64,000 nt of DNA from Candidatus Wolfebacteria bacterium GW2011_GWB1_47_1 (GTDB lineage: Bacteria > Patescibacteriota > Minisyncoccia > UBA6257 > UBA9933): positions 551,774 to 615,773 of the forward strand of contig CP011209.1 in the NCBI GenBank assembly GCA_001029635.1, given 5' to 3'. Below the pieces are notes generated by a model, which did no database searches, was not told where the DNA came from, and saw only the letters and a program-made list of their open reading frames with translations. Shown piece by piece: positions 47,194 through 56,817 of the stretch (positions within the stretch are counted from its first letter, which is position 1; each line of letters opens with the position of its first letter). Both the position numbers and the translations under genes were made by a program.

Positions 47194-49038
47194 ATGGGAA
47201 TCTTTAAACTCACATCTGAATATAAGCCGTCAGGGGACCAACCGGAAGCGATCAAGCAATTGATCGCCGGTTTGGATCGGGGTGATCGGTATCAGACCCT
47301 TTTGGGGGTTACCGGTTCAGGGAAGACCTTCACGGTCGCTAATCTGATTCAACATTACAACAAGCCGGTTCTTGTGATTGCGCCAAATAAGGCCCTCGCT
47401 GCCCAGCTCTATCGTGAGTACAAGAATTTTTTCCCCAATCATTCGGTTAATTATTTTGTTTCGTACTATGATTACTATCAGCCCGAGGCATATATGCCAG
47501 GTACCGATACCTATATCGAGAAGGAGGCAATGATCAATCAGGAAATCGATCGATTGCGTCATCAGGCTACTTCGGCACTGTTGACCCGCAAAGATGTTAT
47601 CGTGGTAGCATCTATCTCATGTATTTACGGACTCGGCGTTCCCTTGAATTATTTTGCGTCTGCCATTCATTTATCTGTTGGGCAGTCTATTACTCGCAGC
47701 GATCTGATCGGGCAGTTGATCAAGATTCAATTTACCCGTACGCCAGGAGTGCTGAAACGCGGAGAATTCCGTGTGCGTGGAGATGTATTTGAGATCTTGC
47801 CCGCATCTGAGACGATGTCCTATTCTATCGAATTGGGGGCGGACCAGACCATTAAGGATATTGCAATCATCGACCCAATGACGCGGACCATGATCGATCA
47901 TCCACAGGATATCGCGCTTTTTCCTCCGAAACACTTTATTTCCAGTGCGCCTGAGATTGCCCGCGCTGTACAGGATATTCGCGTCGAGTTAGAGGATCGA
48001 TTGGAATATTTCAACAAGAATAAGCTGTATCTCGAGGCTGAGCGGCTTGAGCGCCGCGTGCGTTACGATATGGAAATGCTTAAGAGTCTTGGTTTTTGTC
48101 ATGGTGTTGAGAACTATTCGCGCCACCTGAGTGGCAAGCTTGCGGGAGAAGCACCCGATACCTTGCTTGATTATTTTCCGAAGAAGGATGGCAAGCCTGA
48201 TTATTTACTTGTCATGGATGAATCGCATATTGGCGTACCGCAAGCGCGGGGCATGTATGCGGGAGATCGAAGTCGTAAAGACACATTGGTAAAGTATGGA
48301 TGGCGTTTGCCGTCCGCCATGGATAATCGACCACTCAAATTTGATGAATTTGAAAAACGTATCGGGCAGACGGTTTTTGTATCTGCCACGCCGGGTGATT
48401 GGGAATTAGAGCATTCAAAAATCGTCGCCGAGCAGGTCATCCGCCCGACCGGATTGATCGATCCACCGATTGAAGTACGGCCTGTGTTCGACAAGGAAAA
48501 GAATCGTAGTCAGATCACCGATGTCATCGAGGAGCTGTATGGCGTTGTAAATAGAGGCGAACGCGGCCTTGTGATTACGCTCACTAAAAAGCAAGCGGAA
48601 GATCTTAATGATCATTTAACAAATGAAGGGTTTAAATCACGCTATATCCACTCCGAGGTTAAGACATTGGAGCGAACCGAGATATTGATGGATTTTCGAA
48701 GAGGAGAATTTGATGTATTGATCGGCGTGAATCTGTTGCGTGAAGGATTAGATCTTCCCGAGGTTACCTTAGTCGCCATCCTTGATGCAGATCGTGAAGG
48801 ATTTCTGCGTAGTGAAACATCACTTATCCAGACAATGGGACGCGCCGCGCGCAATGTGAGCGGTACGGTTATTCTGTATGCAGACAAGGTTACCGGCTCG
48901 ATGCAACGAGCTATGGACATTGTCAATAAACGAAGGAAATTGCAGGAGGCATACAACAAGAAGCATGGCATTACGCCAAAAACGATCATCAAGACGATTG
49001 AGCGTATGCTGGATTTTAGCGGCTCTGTGGATGGTTGA
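47194..49038 (+). CDS. uvrB: excinuclease ABC subunit B
   Basis: GVTGSGKTF Walker A, helicase motifs, beta-hairpin region; 614 aa. Confidence 0.95.
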   Translation: MGIFKLTSEYKPSGDQPEAIKQLIAGLDRGDRYQTLLGVTGSGKTFTVANLIQHYNKPVLVIAPNKALAAQLYREYKNFFPNHSVNYFVSYYDYYQPEAYMPGTDTYIEKEAMINQEIDRLRHQATSALLTRKDVIVVASISCIYGLGVPLNYFASAIHLSVGQSITRSDLIGQLIKIQFTRTPGVLKRGEFRVRGDVFEILPASETMSYSIELGADQTIKDIAIIDPMTRTMIDHPQDIALFPPKHFISSAPEIARAVQDIRVELEDRLEYFNKNKLYLEAERLERRVRYDMEMLKSLGFCHGVENYSRHLSGKLAGEAPDTLLDYFPKKDGKPDYLLVMDESHIGVPQARGMYAGDRSRKDTLVKYGWRLPSAMDNRPLKFDEFEKRIGQTVFVSATPGDWELEHSKIVAEQVIRPTGLIDPPIEVRPVFDKEKNRSQITDVIEELYGVVNRGERGLVITLTKKQAEDLNDHLTNEGFKSRYIHSEVKTLERTEILMDFRRGEFDVLIGVNLLREGLDLPEVTLVAILDADREGFLRSETSLIQTMGRAARNVSGTVILYADKVTGSMQRAMDIVNKRRKLQEAYNKKHGITPKTIIKTIERMLDFSGSVDG

Positions 49039-49079
49039 CAAACCGTATCTCTAGTGTCATAACTAATCACTTACCTACC

Positions 49080-51584
49080 ATGGAAGATAAAATCAGTATA
49101 AAAGGAGCTCGGGTGCATAACCTGAAAAATATCGATCTGGAAATACCCAAGAATAAACTTGTGGTATTTACCGGTGTTTCGGGAAGCGGCAAATCGTCGC
49201 TTGCTTTTGACACCATCTTTGCCGAAGGGCAACGCCGATATATTGAGTCATTGTCTCCGTATGCGCGACAATTTTTAGGACAGATGGAGCGCGCCGATGT
49301 TGACGAGATCGTCGGTCTTTCTCCGGCCATTGCCATCGATCAGCGAGCACTTTCGCATAATCCGCGATCTACCGTAGGAACGTTGACCGAGATCTATGAC
49401 TATTTGCGCATTTTATTTGCGCGTTTAGGGGATGTGCATTGTCCGCATGACGATACCAAAATTGAAAAATTGTCCGTCGATGAAATGATCGATATCATTG
49501 TTGGTCGCGCCAAGAAGGCGAAGCAGAGCGTGGTCACAGTTATGTCTCCTGTGGTGCGTGGACGCAAAGGGGAGTACTATCAGCAGCTGTATGATTATCT
49601 CGGGCTTGGTTATGCACAGGTGCGCGTTGACGGCGTCATGCACTCGTTGCATGATAAGATTGAACTTTCCCGCTATAAGGAACATTCTATCGATCTGGTC
49701 ATCGACAAGATTCTTATAACCGATATATCCCGTTTGCATGAAGCGGTCGAGGGCGCGCTCGATCAGAGTAAGGGATTAGTGACGGTGTTGATGGGCGAGC
49801 AGTCCGATACTCCCGATGAGTTTATGCTTTCTTCAAAATGGACCTGCCCAGTCGATAATTTTGTCTTTCCGGATATTGAGCCTCGATTATTTTCGTTCAA
49901 TAGCCCGCATGGTATGTGCGAAACCTGCTCGGGTCTAGGGAAGACTGATCTTTTTTTGAAGACCGTTTGCCCTGACTGTAAAGGTAAACGGTTGCGGCCG
50001 GAGGCACTATCTATTCGCATCAATGGAAAGAACATCTACGAAGTTGCTTCGATGACTAACGCGGATTCACATGCGTTTTTTGCGGAGTATGAAAAAAAGA
50101 TGACCGAGCGCGAGATCACCATCGCGGCAAACGTGGTTAAGGAGGTAAAGGATCGGCTGCAATTCTTGCTCGAAGTGGGACTTGATTATTTGACTATGAC
50201 TCGTGAAGCGGAAACACTTTCCGGTGGTGAGGCTCAGCGTATCAGGCTTTCTTCCCAGATCGGTTCCCAACTTTCCAATACATTGTATGTCCTTGATGAG
50301 CCTACAATCGGTTTACATGAACGTGATACCGATCGATTAGTGGGTATTTTAAAAAAGCTCAAGGCGCAAAACAATACCGTGATCATCGTGGAGCACGATG
50401 AACTAACTATTCTGGAGTCGGACTATCTTGTCGACTTCGGGCCGTTTGCTGGAAAGCACGGCGGGGAGATCGTTGCACAAGGAGAGACGGCAACACTACT
50501 TAAAAATCCGGGGGACATGAATTCGATGACCGTACAGTATCTGCGTGAGGAGCGGAAGATTGCAGTACCACAGCGCCGGGACAAGACGACCGAGAAGCTT
50601 TCTATTATTGGCGCAACTGCGCATAACCTCAAGAACGTGAACGTGGATATTCCGCTTCGTAAATTTGTTTGCGTGACCGGTGTTTCGGGAAGCGGGAAGT
50701 CAACGCTTATTCAGGATGCGTTGTATGAAAATCTTAATCTGTTGAAGGCGCGTATGGATGAGCCGCTTACCGGCGTTGCCGACATCACCGGCTCTGATTA
50801 TATTGATCGGGTTGTTGCCGTTGACCAAGCGCCAATCGGACGCACGCCCCGTTCGAATCCTGCGACGTATACCGGCATCCTGACTCCAATTCGTGAATTC
50901 TATGCGCAGCTGCCCGAAGCGCGCGAACGGGCATATACGGCTTCACGTTTTTCATTCAATGTTGCCGGAGGGCGATGTGAATCATGCCAGGGTGCCGGGC
51001 ATAATCTTATCGAGATGCACTTTTTGCCGCCTGTCTTGGTTGAGTGCGAGGTTTGTCATGGCAAGCGATACAATCGGGAAACGTTGCAGGTGAAGCACAA
51101 TAAAAAGAACATCAGCGATGTGCTTGCCATGACGATCGACGAAGGTGTGGAATTTTTTGACGGCATTTGGCAGATTACCGATAAGTTGAAGATTCTTCAG
51201 TCTGTTGGACTTGGGTATCTGCAACTTGGTCAGAGCGCGACAACTCTTTCGGGAGGGGAAGCGCAGCGCATTAAGCTGGCTCGTGAGTTGACCCATCCGC
51301 TCGGCAAGCGCGTACTGTATCTTTTGGATGAACCAACCGTCGGATTGCATTATTACGATGTTGAATTATTATTGACCGTCTTGAATAAGTTGGTTGATAA
51401 GGGGCATTCTGTCGTAGTCATCGAGCATAATATGCACCTCATCAAGTCGGCAGATTATGTCATAGATCTCGGCCCCGAGGGTGGTGCGCGTGGTGGAGCT
51501 ATCGTTGCAAAGGGAACCCCGGAGGAGGTTGCGGACAATACACATAGTATTACGGGGAGTTATCTCAAACATTTTCTGAAATAA
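49080..51584 (+). CDS. uvrA: excinuclease ABC subunit A (compact, ~835 aa)
   Basis: two ABC modules ([14 protein letters not shown]; [11 protein letters not shown]), zinc-finger cysteines, LSGGEAQRI signatures. Confidence 0.95.
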   Translation: MEDKISIKGARVHNLKNIDLEIPKNKLVVFTGVSGSGKSSLAFDTIFAEGQRRYIESLSPYARQFLGQMERADVDEIVGLSPAIAIDQRALSHNPRSTVGTLTEIYDYLRILFARLGDVHCPHDDTKIEKLSVDEMIDIIVGRAKKAKQSVVTVMSPVVRGRKGEYYQQLYDYLGLGYAQVRVDGVMHSLHDKIELSRYKEHSIDLVIDKILITDISRLHEAVEGALDQSKGLVTVLMGEQSDTPDEFMLSSKWTCPVDNFVFPDIEPRLFSFNSPHGMCETCSGLGKTDLFLKTVCPDCKGKRLRPEALSIRINGKNIYEVASMTNADSHAFFAEYEKKMTEREITIAANVVKEVKDRLQFLLEVGLDYLTMTREAETLSGGEAQRIRLSSQIGSQLSNTLYVLDEPTIGLHERDTDRLVGILKKLKAQNNTVIIVEHDELTILESDYLVDFGPFAGKHGGEIVAQGETATLLKNPGDMNSMTVQYLREERKIAVPQRRDKTTEKLSIIGATAHNLKNVNVDIPLRKFVCVTGVSGSGKSTLIQDALYENLNLLKARMDEPLTGVADITGSDYIDRVVAVDQAPIGRTPRSNPATYTGILTPIREFYAQLPEARERAYTASRFSFNVAGGRCESCQGAGHNLIEMHFLPPVLVECEVCHGKRYNRETLQVKHNKKNISDVLAMTIDEGVEFFDGIWQITDKLKILQSVGLGYLQLGQSATTLSGGEAQRIKLARELTHPLGKRVLYLLDEPTVGLHYYDVELLLTVLNKLVDKGHSVVVIEHNMHLIKSADYVIDLGPEGGARGGAIVAKGTPEEVADNTHSITGSYLKHFLK

Positions 51585-51588
51585 GGCC

Positions 51589-52815
51589 GTGATATGCTAT
51601 CATAACCCTATGATCGCATCACTCAAGAAACGGTATCTCGAAAGCAATGTGACGCAAGGATTTGTCGCGCTTTATACCGGCAAGACCATTTCGAACATCG
51701 CCATTAGTTTATTCGGCATGTTTCTGCCGATATTCCTCTATAAGCTCTATGGAGGGGATTTTAATTTTGTCGCACTTTATTTTTTAGTAGGATATTTATT
51801 GTACGGATTTTCCATTCCGTTCGGCGCATTCTTTTTGAACCATCACGGATTTAATCGGTCATTGCGTTTGAGTACGTTCTTCGGTGCCAGCACCTTTGTG
51901 CTGCTCTATTTTGTCACTCCCGCAAATGCCTGGTATTTGATACCCGTCCAAATCCTGGCGACGACAATCTATCGTTTGTTGTTCTGGCTTCCGTATCATG
52001 TTGATTTTGCGGAATTTTCAGATGCGAACAAACGTGGCTCCGAGATTGGCGTATTCGAGGCAACGCTCAATATTATTGGCGTTGTGACTCCGTTACTTGC
52101 GGGATTTATTATTACGCAATATGGCTTTGGCGTCCTGTTTATTATTGCGACAATGATCTTCTTGTTGTCGCTGATCCCATATCATTTTATCCCTGAGATA
52201 AGGGAGAAATTCACTTGGACGTACCGGCAAACCGTGCGCCAGCTTTTCGCCAAAAAGCATCGGGGAATTACGCTGGCATTTATGGCTGACGGAGCTGAAG
52301 AAGTTGTTGGGTTTATTGTGTGGCCGATTGTTATCTACGAGCTGCTTAAGGGGAATATTTTGCAGATCGGTATTATCTCGACCATCGTGGTTGGCAGCAC
52401 AATCGTACTGCAATTGTTTGTTGGGCGACATTCAAACGAACGAGCGACGCAGGAGCGCATCTTGCGGTATGGTAGTTTCTTTGCATCGCTTGCCTGGTTG
52501 TTGAAAATCTTTGTCATTACGGCACTTCAGATATTCGTCGTCGATGCCTATCATAAGTTGACTAAGATCATGATGCGCATACCATTTGCGGCGATGACAT
52601 ATGAGCTGGTTGCTGATCGTGGACATTATATTGATGAACATACGGTATTATATGAAATGGCCATCAATATGGGGCGTGTTGCCATGATTAGCATTATTCT
52701 CGTAATGACGTTATTCATGCCTCTGCAATGGACGTTCATTTTTGGAGCGATCGCTTCCATTCTGCTCAATTTTCTTCGGGTGCGTCATTCCAAATTTACC
52801 CCGCATCGACGCTAA
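51589..52815 (+). CDS. MFS-type transporter (12 TM predicted)
   Basis: 408 aa hydrophobic protein with two six-helix halves; start may be 51608. Confidence 0.6.
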   Translation: MICYHNPMIASLKKRYLESNVTQGFVALYTGKTISNIAISLFGMFLPIFLYKLYGGDFNFVALYFLVGYLLYGFSIPFGAFFLNHHGFNRSLRLSTFFGASTFVLLYFVTPANAWYLIPVQILATTIYRLLFWLPYHVDFAEFSDANKRGSEIGVFEATLNIIGVVTPLLAGFIITQYGFGVLFIIATMIFLLSLIPYHFIPEIREKFTWTYRQTVRQLFAKKHRGITLAFMADGAEEVVGFIVWPIVIYELLKGNILQIGIISTIVVGSTIVLQLFVGRHSNERATQERILRYGSFFASLAWLLKIFVITALQIFVVDAYHKLTKIMMRIPFAAMTYELVADRGHYIDEHTVLYEMAINMGRVAMISIILVMTLFMPLQWTFIFGAIASILLNFLRVRHSKFTPHRR

Positions 52816-52840
52816 ACGTAATATACTATCCACATTCACG

Positions 52841-52867
52841 CATGTACGTCTTGCGATGACGTACATG
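52841..52867. repeat. perfect 10-bp inverted repeat (REP-like variant) at the island boundary
   Basis: CATGTACGTC-TTGCGAT-GACGTACATG. Confidence 0.5.
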
Positions 52868-52963
52868 TAAAAAAAGCCGGGCATAATGCCCGGCTTTACG
52901 ATCATTTAAGGATGTCTTGCGTCGGCGCATAGCGACATCGCTGTCCAAAACGCGACATTTATT

Positions 52964-52988
52964 TTTCCGTCATCGAATGACGGAAAAT
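52964..52988. repeat. REP-like palindrome, 5' flank of the RAYT gene
   Basis: TTTTCCGTCATCGAATGACGGAAAA. Confidence 0.75.
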
Positions 52989-53007
52989 CCATGCTATACT
53001 GTAATAT

Positions 53008-53694
53008 ATGGCTGATTTATATCATGTATTAAATAGGGGGGTTGATAAGAAGAAAATTTTTATAGATGATCAGGACCATTTTCGATTCGTCCATGATCTC
53101 TACGAATTTAATGACGTCGAATCCGCTGATTACATAAGAAATAGCAGGAAGCTTTTTATTAAAGCTAATTTTCCGTCATTCGATGACGGAAAATTAGAAG
53201 AGAGGCAGTCATTAGTGCATGTTCATGCATTTTGTTTAATGCCCAATCACTACCATTTACTACTTAGTCCTGTGGTTGAGGGAGGGATTCCAAAGTTTAT
53301 GAAGAAGTTGAACATGGGGTACTCGCGGTATTTCAATGAGCGGTATGAGCGGAAGGGGACATTGTTTGAAGGAAGATATAAATCAGTTCCAGTGGCGGCG
53401 CAAGCACACTTTATTCATCTGCCATACTATATTCACTTGAATCCATTAGACATGTTCGACTATGGATGGCGGGATCACGCAGTACATAACCATGCCGATG
53501 CAATGCACTATCTTGAGCAGTATCGTTGGTCGAGTCATCTGGATTATCTTGGCAAGAAAAATTTCCCTTCGGTCACACAGCGGGATTTCCTGCTTGAGTT
53601 TTTTGGAGGGCATGAGGGGTATGCGCGGGCACTTGATCGATGGGTGAGGGATATTAGTGTCGGGGATATCCAAGATGTTTTGTTGGAAATATAA
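53008..53694 (+). mobile_element. IS200-like HUH (Y1) tyrosine transposase of the REP-associated (RAYT) type, 228 aa
   Basis: YHVLNRG N-terminus, HUH motif LMPNHYHLLL, catalytic Tyr in EGRYKSV; flanked by inverted REP palindromes. Confidence 0.75.
53168..53192. repeat. REP-like palindrome copy inside the RAYT ORF (in-frame, encodes NFPSFDDGK)
   Basis: TTTTCCGTCATTCGATGACGGAAAA, same orientation as the 3' flank copy. Confidence 0.7.
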
Positions 53695-53720
53695 TATTCC
53701 GTCATTCGATGACGGAATAT
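53694..53720. repeat. REP-like palindrome, 3' flank of RAYT, inverted relative to the 5' copy
   Basis: ATATTCCGTCATTCGATGACGGAATAT immediately after the stop codon. Confidence 0.75.
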
Positions 53721-53734
53721 TGGTATTGGGAATA

Positions 53735-53762
53735 AAAAAGCCGGGCTTGGAGCTCGGCTTTG
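53735..53762 (-). terminator. terminator hairpin (variant of the island terminator)
   Basis: AAAAAGCCGGGCTTGGAGCTCGGCTTT. Confidence 0.6.
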
Positions 53763-53766
53763 TGTT

Positions 53767-54156
53767 TTAGTGCGTGTCGGTTGGTAGTTCGTTTTTGTGT
53801 GGAGTGGGAATATCCTTGTAAATGCCGATCGCCATCACTGCCCATATGAGTGCATTGAGCAGGTGCGCGTATTCGAACAAGAGAGGGATCCCGATCGCCG
53901 CATATACGAGTGATACACAGCAGGCCGCTGTTATCATGAGTGCGAAATCCAGCTTGTATTCGTTTTTGGCAAATCCTTTCCAGACAAAGGCCATGAGCGT
54001 CAGCCAATACGCAATGCTCAGCCATCCGACAATTAATAGCGTGCGTGTCTCGCTATTTACTACTTCGAGCATGATCCCTAATTCTGCGAATGTCATCGCT
54101 ATACTGATGAAGAGTGCAGCAATGCTGATCTTACCCGTTGTTCCTTTGCCTGCCAT
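53767..54156 (-). CDS. small 4-TM membrane protein (129 aa), paralog of 54285..54644
   Basis: AAGGAGG SD; own TTGACA-17-TATAAA promoter and terminator. Confidence 0.55.
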   Translation of the reverse strand: MAGKGTTGKISIAALFISIAMTFAELGIMLEVVNSETRTLLIVGWLSIAYWLTLMAFVWKGFAKNEYKLDFALMITAACCVSLVYAAIGIPLLFEYAHLLNALIWAVMAIGIYKDIPTPHKNELPTDTH

Positions 54157-54197
54157 ATGGGCCTCCTTGCATTGCGCGCTATATAGTTACTTTTATT

Positions 54198-54226
54198 TTT
54201 ATATTGTTTTTTTATAAAAATGTCAA
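54198..54226 (-). promoter_or_regulatory. sigma70 promoter TTGACA-N17-TATAAA
   Basis: minus strand TTGACATTTTTATAAAAAAACAATATAAA. Confidence 0.65.
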
Positions 54227-54232
54227 TTTATG

Positions 54233-54263
54233 CGTAAAAAAGCCGGGCATAATGCCCGGCTTT
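54233..54263 (-). terminator. island terminator copy (GCCGGGCATAATGCCCGGC)
   Basis: hairpin then T-run on minus strand. Confidence 0.75.
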
Positions 54264-54284
54264 GCGATGGGTGGATGATCCTCT

Positions 54285-54644
54285 TCATATCGCGAGGATC
54301 TTCCTGTAGACAACGTGGAGTATCGCGTACCACAGGAAGCCATTTGCCATGTTGCCGATCTCCCAGAGAATCGGGATGTGTACGAGCGCGCAGAGAATCG
54401 GCATTGCACCAATCAGCGTGACGATAACCACCGGCGCGATATTCGCGATATTCTCGGCAAGTGCGAACCATCCGTAGATGAGAAAGATCATCCAGAGGAC
54501 TGCGCTGGACCACAGTGAATATTGTGCAGGCACATCTTTCAACGTGAGTACCCCCGAGATAAGGCCCATACTAAATAGTACTTGTATAACGCCCATCATC
54601 AGTACGCCCGTGCAAAACATCGCTTGCTTCATTTCCCACTTCAT
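54285..54644 (-). CDS. small 4-TM membrane protein (119 aa)
   Basis: GGAGGACA SD; own TTGACA-17-TATAAA promoter at 54687..54715. Confidence 0.55.
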   Translation of the reverse strand: MKWEMKQAMFCTGVLMMGVIQVLFSMGLISGVLTLKDVPAQYSLWSSAVLWMIFLIYGWFALAENIANIAPVVIVTLIGAMPILCALVHIPILWEIGNMANGFLWYAILHVVYRKILAI

Positions 54645-54686
54645 CTGTGTCCTCCGTTATGCGATATAGTAGAATAGCTGATTTTT

Positions 54687-54715
54687 TTTATATCACATAC
54701 CATTTCTTGTGTCAA
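54687..54715 (-). promoter_or_regulatory. sigma70 promoter TTGACA-N17-TATAAA
   Basis: minus strand TTGACACAAGAAATGGTATGTGATATAAA. Confidence 0.6.
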
Positions 54716-54726
54716 CTTTATTTCTT

Positions 54727-54755
54727 AAAAAAAGCCGGGCATAATTGCCCGGCTT
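54727..54755 (-). terminator. island terminator copy (GCCGGGCATAATTGCCCGGC)
   Basis: hairpin then T-run on minus strand. Confidence 0.75.
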
Positions 54756-54781
54756 GGATAGCTTGCGAGTGTAGGAGTGAA

Positions 54782-55099
54782 TTACCGCGACGTTTCGAAG
54801 ATGGAGAGGAACTCCTCGGTATGTTCGATGAGACCCTCTAGGTTTTCGCGTATGATGCGGGATCCTCCTTGAATCCCGTCCAGGTCATGCGGCTGGAAGC
54901 TGGTCTGCTTGCTGAGATAGGAGATGACGCTTGCCGCCATGTCGGTGACGCAGGCATGGTGACCATCGTCAGGGCTTTCCCACACCCGGTTGCTCGCGCT
55001 GAGCCCCTTCAGTTTCTGTAGGAGCGCCGCAGTGAATGCGTAGTTGAATCCCGTGATGGTTTCTTCCGGACTAATGCATAGTTGCATTTTTTGTTTCAT
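54782..55099 (-). CDS. hypothetical cytoplasmic protein (105 aa)
   Basis: CAGGAGGCAAAA SD; own promoter at 55137..55165. Confidence 0.5.
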   Translation of the reverse strand: MKQKMQLCISPEETITGFNYAFTAALLQKLKGLSASNRVWESPDDGHHACVTDMAASVISYLSKQTSFQPHDLDGIQGGSRIIRENLEGLIEHTEEFLSIFETSR

Positions 55100-55136
55100 T
55101 TTTGCCTCCTGAGTAAGTTGTATTTGATCTAAATGT

Positions 55137-55165
55137 ATAATATACTATTTTCATAAAAATGTCAA
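55137..55165 (-). promoter_or_regulatory. sigma70 promoter TTGACA-N17-TATTAT; its -35 overlaps the uvrC start codon
   Basis: minus strand TTGACATTTTTATGAAAATAGTATATTAT; on the + strand TGTATAAT (extended -10) lies 18 nt before the uvrC ATG. Confidence 0.6.
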
Positions 55166-56325
55166 TTTTATCCGATCACGTAAAATCGTTCCCCGATAGT
55201 TCTGGGGTATACCGATTCCTTGATGCACAAGGGGGGATTTTATATATCGGCAGGGCTACATCGCTGCGGAAACGGGTGAGTAATTATTTTACCAATCGGA
55301 TCGATGCGCGCATCGCAGAGATGGTGTCGCTTGCCGCTGATATCCGCTATGAACAGACCGATACGGTACTTGAGGCGATCATTCTTGAGGCTAATCTCAT
55401 CAAGAAGTATTGGCCTAAATATAACGTCAAAGACAAGGACAATCGTTCGTTTTTGTACATCGTTATTCCAAAAACGGATTATCCGAAGCCGCTTGTCGTG
55501 CGCCATCGCGAATTGGAAAAGTTTTCCGCGATCAAGGCAGATATCTTTGGTCCGTATCAGAGCATAACATTGATCAAAAATGCTCTGAAGATTATCCGTC
55601 GCATCTTCCCGTATAGTACGTGCGTGCCTAATGTTGGCAAGCCTTGCTTCGACCATCAAATCGGATTGTGCCCGGGTATTTGTGTTGGCGCCATTACAAA
55701 GAAGGATTATCAGAAGAACATCAAGAGCGTTATACTGCTCTTGAGCGGGAAGAAAGAATTACTCCTCAAACGACTTGCCAAGGAGTACCCAGAAAAGGCT
55801 GTAAGTCTGCGACATATTCAAGATGTTTCATTAATCACGCGGGATGAGCTGGTACAGGAAGTGCCTGGAGCGCATCGTATTGAAGGATATGACATCTCCC
55901 ATCTTACAGGCAAAGAAACCTACGGATCTATGGTTGTGTTTACCGATGGAGAAGCGGATAAAGAGCAGTATCGCTTGTTTGCCGTCAGGGATGCGGCGGC
56001 GAGCGATGACCTGCATGCATTGGAGGAAGTGGTAACCCGACGATTTCGTCATGATGAATGGGATCTGCCCGATCTAATCATGATTGACGGGGGGCGACCT
56101 CAGGTGGACCATATCGCGGGCGTTTTCCGCACATATAATATTACAGTGCCTATGGTGGGTATTTCGAAATACAGTGGAGATGCTCTGGTGTTTCCGCTTG
56201 GCACCAAGCAGTCTGTACGGGCCCTTGCGGAGACCTTGAAGCCAGTCCTATTGCGTGTTCGGGACGAAGCGCATCGATTTGCGCTGCGCTCGAGTCGACG
56301 CAAACGGGACAGCCGTATGCGATGA
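55159..56325 (+). CDS. uvrC: excinuclease ABC subunit C, compact form (GIY-YIG + Cys motif + RNase H-like endonuclease domain; no C-terminal HhH)
   Basis: GVYRFLDAQGGILYIGRA (GIY-YIG), CFDHQIGLCPGIC, IEGYDISHLTG...IDGGRPQV...DEAHRFA. Confidence 0.8.
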   Translation: MSILSDHVKSFPDSSGVYRFLDAQGGILYIGRATSLRKRVSNYFTNRIDARIAEMVSLAADIRYEQTDTVLEAIILEANLIKKYWPKYNVKDKDNRSFLYIVIPKTDYPKPLVVRHRELEKFSAIKADIFGPYQSITLIKNALKIIRRIFPYSTCVPNVGKPCFDHQIGLCPGICVGAITKKDYQKNIKSVILLLSGKKELLLKRLAKEYPEKAVSLRHIQDVSLITRDELVQEVPGAHRIEGYDISHLTGKETYGSMVVFTDGEADKEQYRLFAVRDAAASDDLHALEEVVTRRFRHDEWDLPDLIMIDGGRPQVDHIAGVFRTYNITVPMVGISKYSGDALVFPLGTKQSVRALAETLKPVLLRVRDEAHRFALRSSRRKRDSRMR

Positions 56326-56356
56326 GCACAGGGTTGTTTTGTGATATACTATAACC

Positions 56357-56809
56357 ATGCATACATCAATGGAATATTCACAGATCACAGACCAGATCTA
56401 TATTGGAACGAATTTTTGTTGCGAAACTCATTTTGACCCGGAGTTACTCAAGAAGGGGGTTACGTATGATCTTAGCCTTGAAGTCGAGCGAGTCGATGCG
56501 CCAACCGGTGGTGCGGCATACTTATGGCTACCCGTGCCTGATATGCATGCTCCGACTCCGCAGCAATTTTCGATGGGTGTGTCATTTATCAAAACTGCCG
56601 TTCAGTCGGGCCGTAAGATTTATGTTCACTGCAAGAACGGACACGGAAGATCTCCAGTCATGGTTGCCGCATATCTCGTCACGACCGGGTTATCTGCCGA
56701 TGATGCAGTTGCATTAATCAAGCAAAAGCGTCCAGAAATCCATCTGCAAGATGTACAAATGGAGGGGCTTAGGCAATTTGAACAAACCTATCGCTCACAA
56801 AACGCATAA
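56357..56809 (+). CDS. dual-specificity/tyrosine protein phosphatase
   Basis: CX5R P-loop VHCKNGHGRS. Confidence 0.8.
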   Translation: MHTSMEYSQITDQIYIGTNFCCETHFDPELLKKGVTYDLSLEVERVDAPTGGAAYLWLPVPDMHAPTPQQFSMGVSFIKTAVQSGRKIYVHCKNGHGRSPVMVAAYLVTTGLSADDAVALIKQKRPEIHLQDVQMEGLRQFEQTYRSQNA

Positions 56810-56817
56810 TCAATTTT

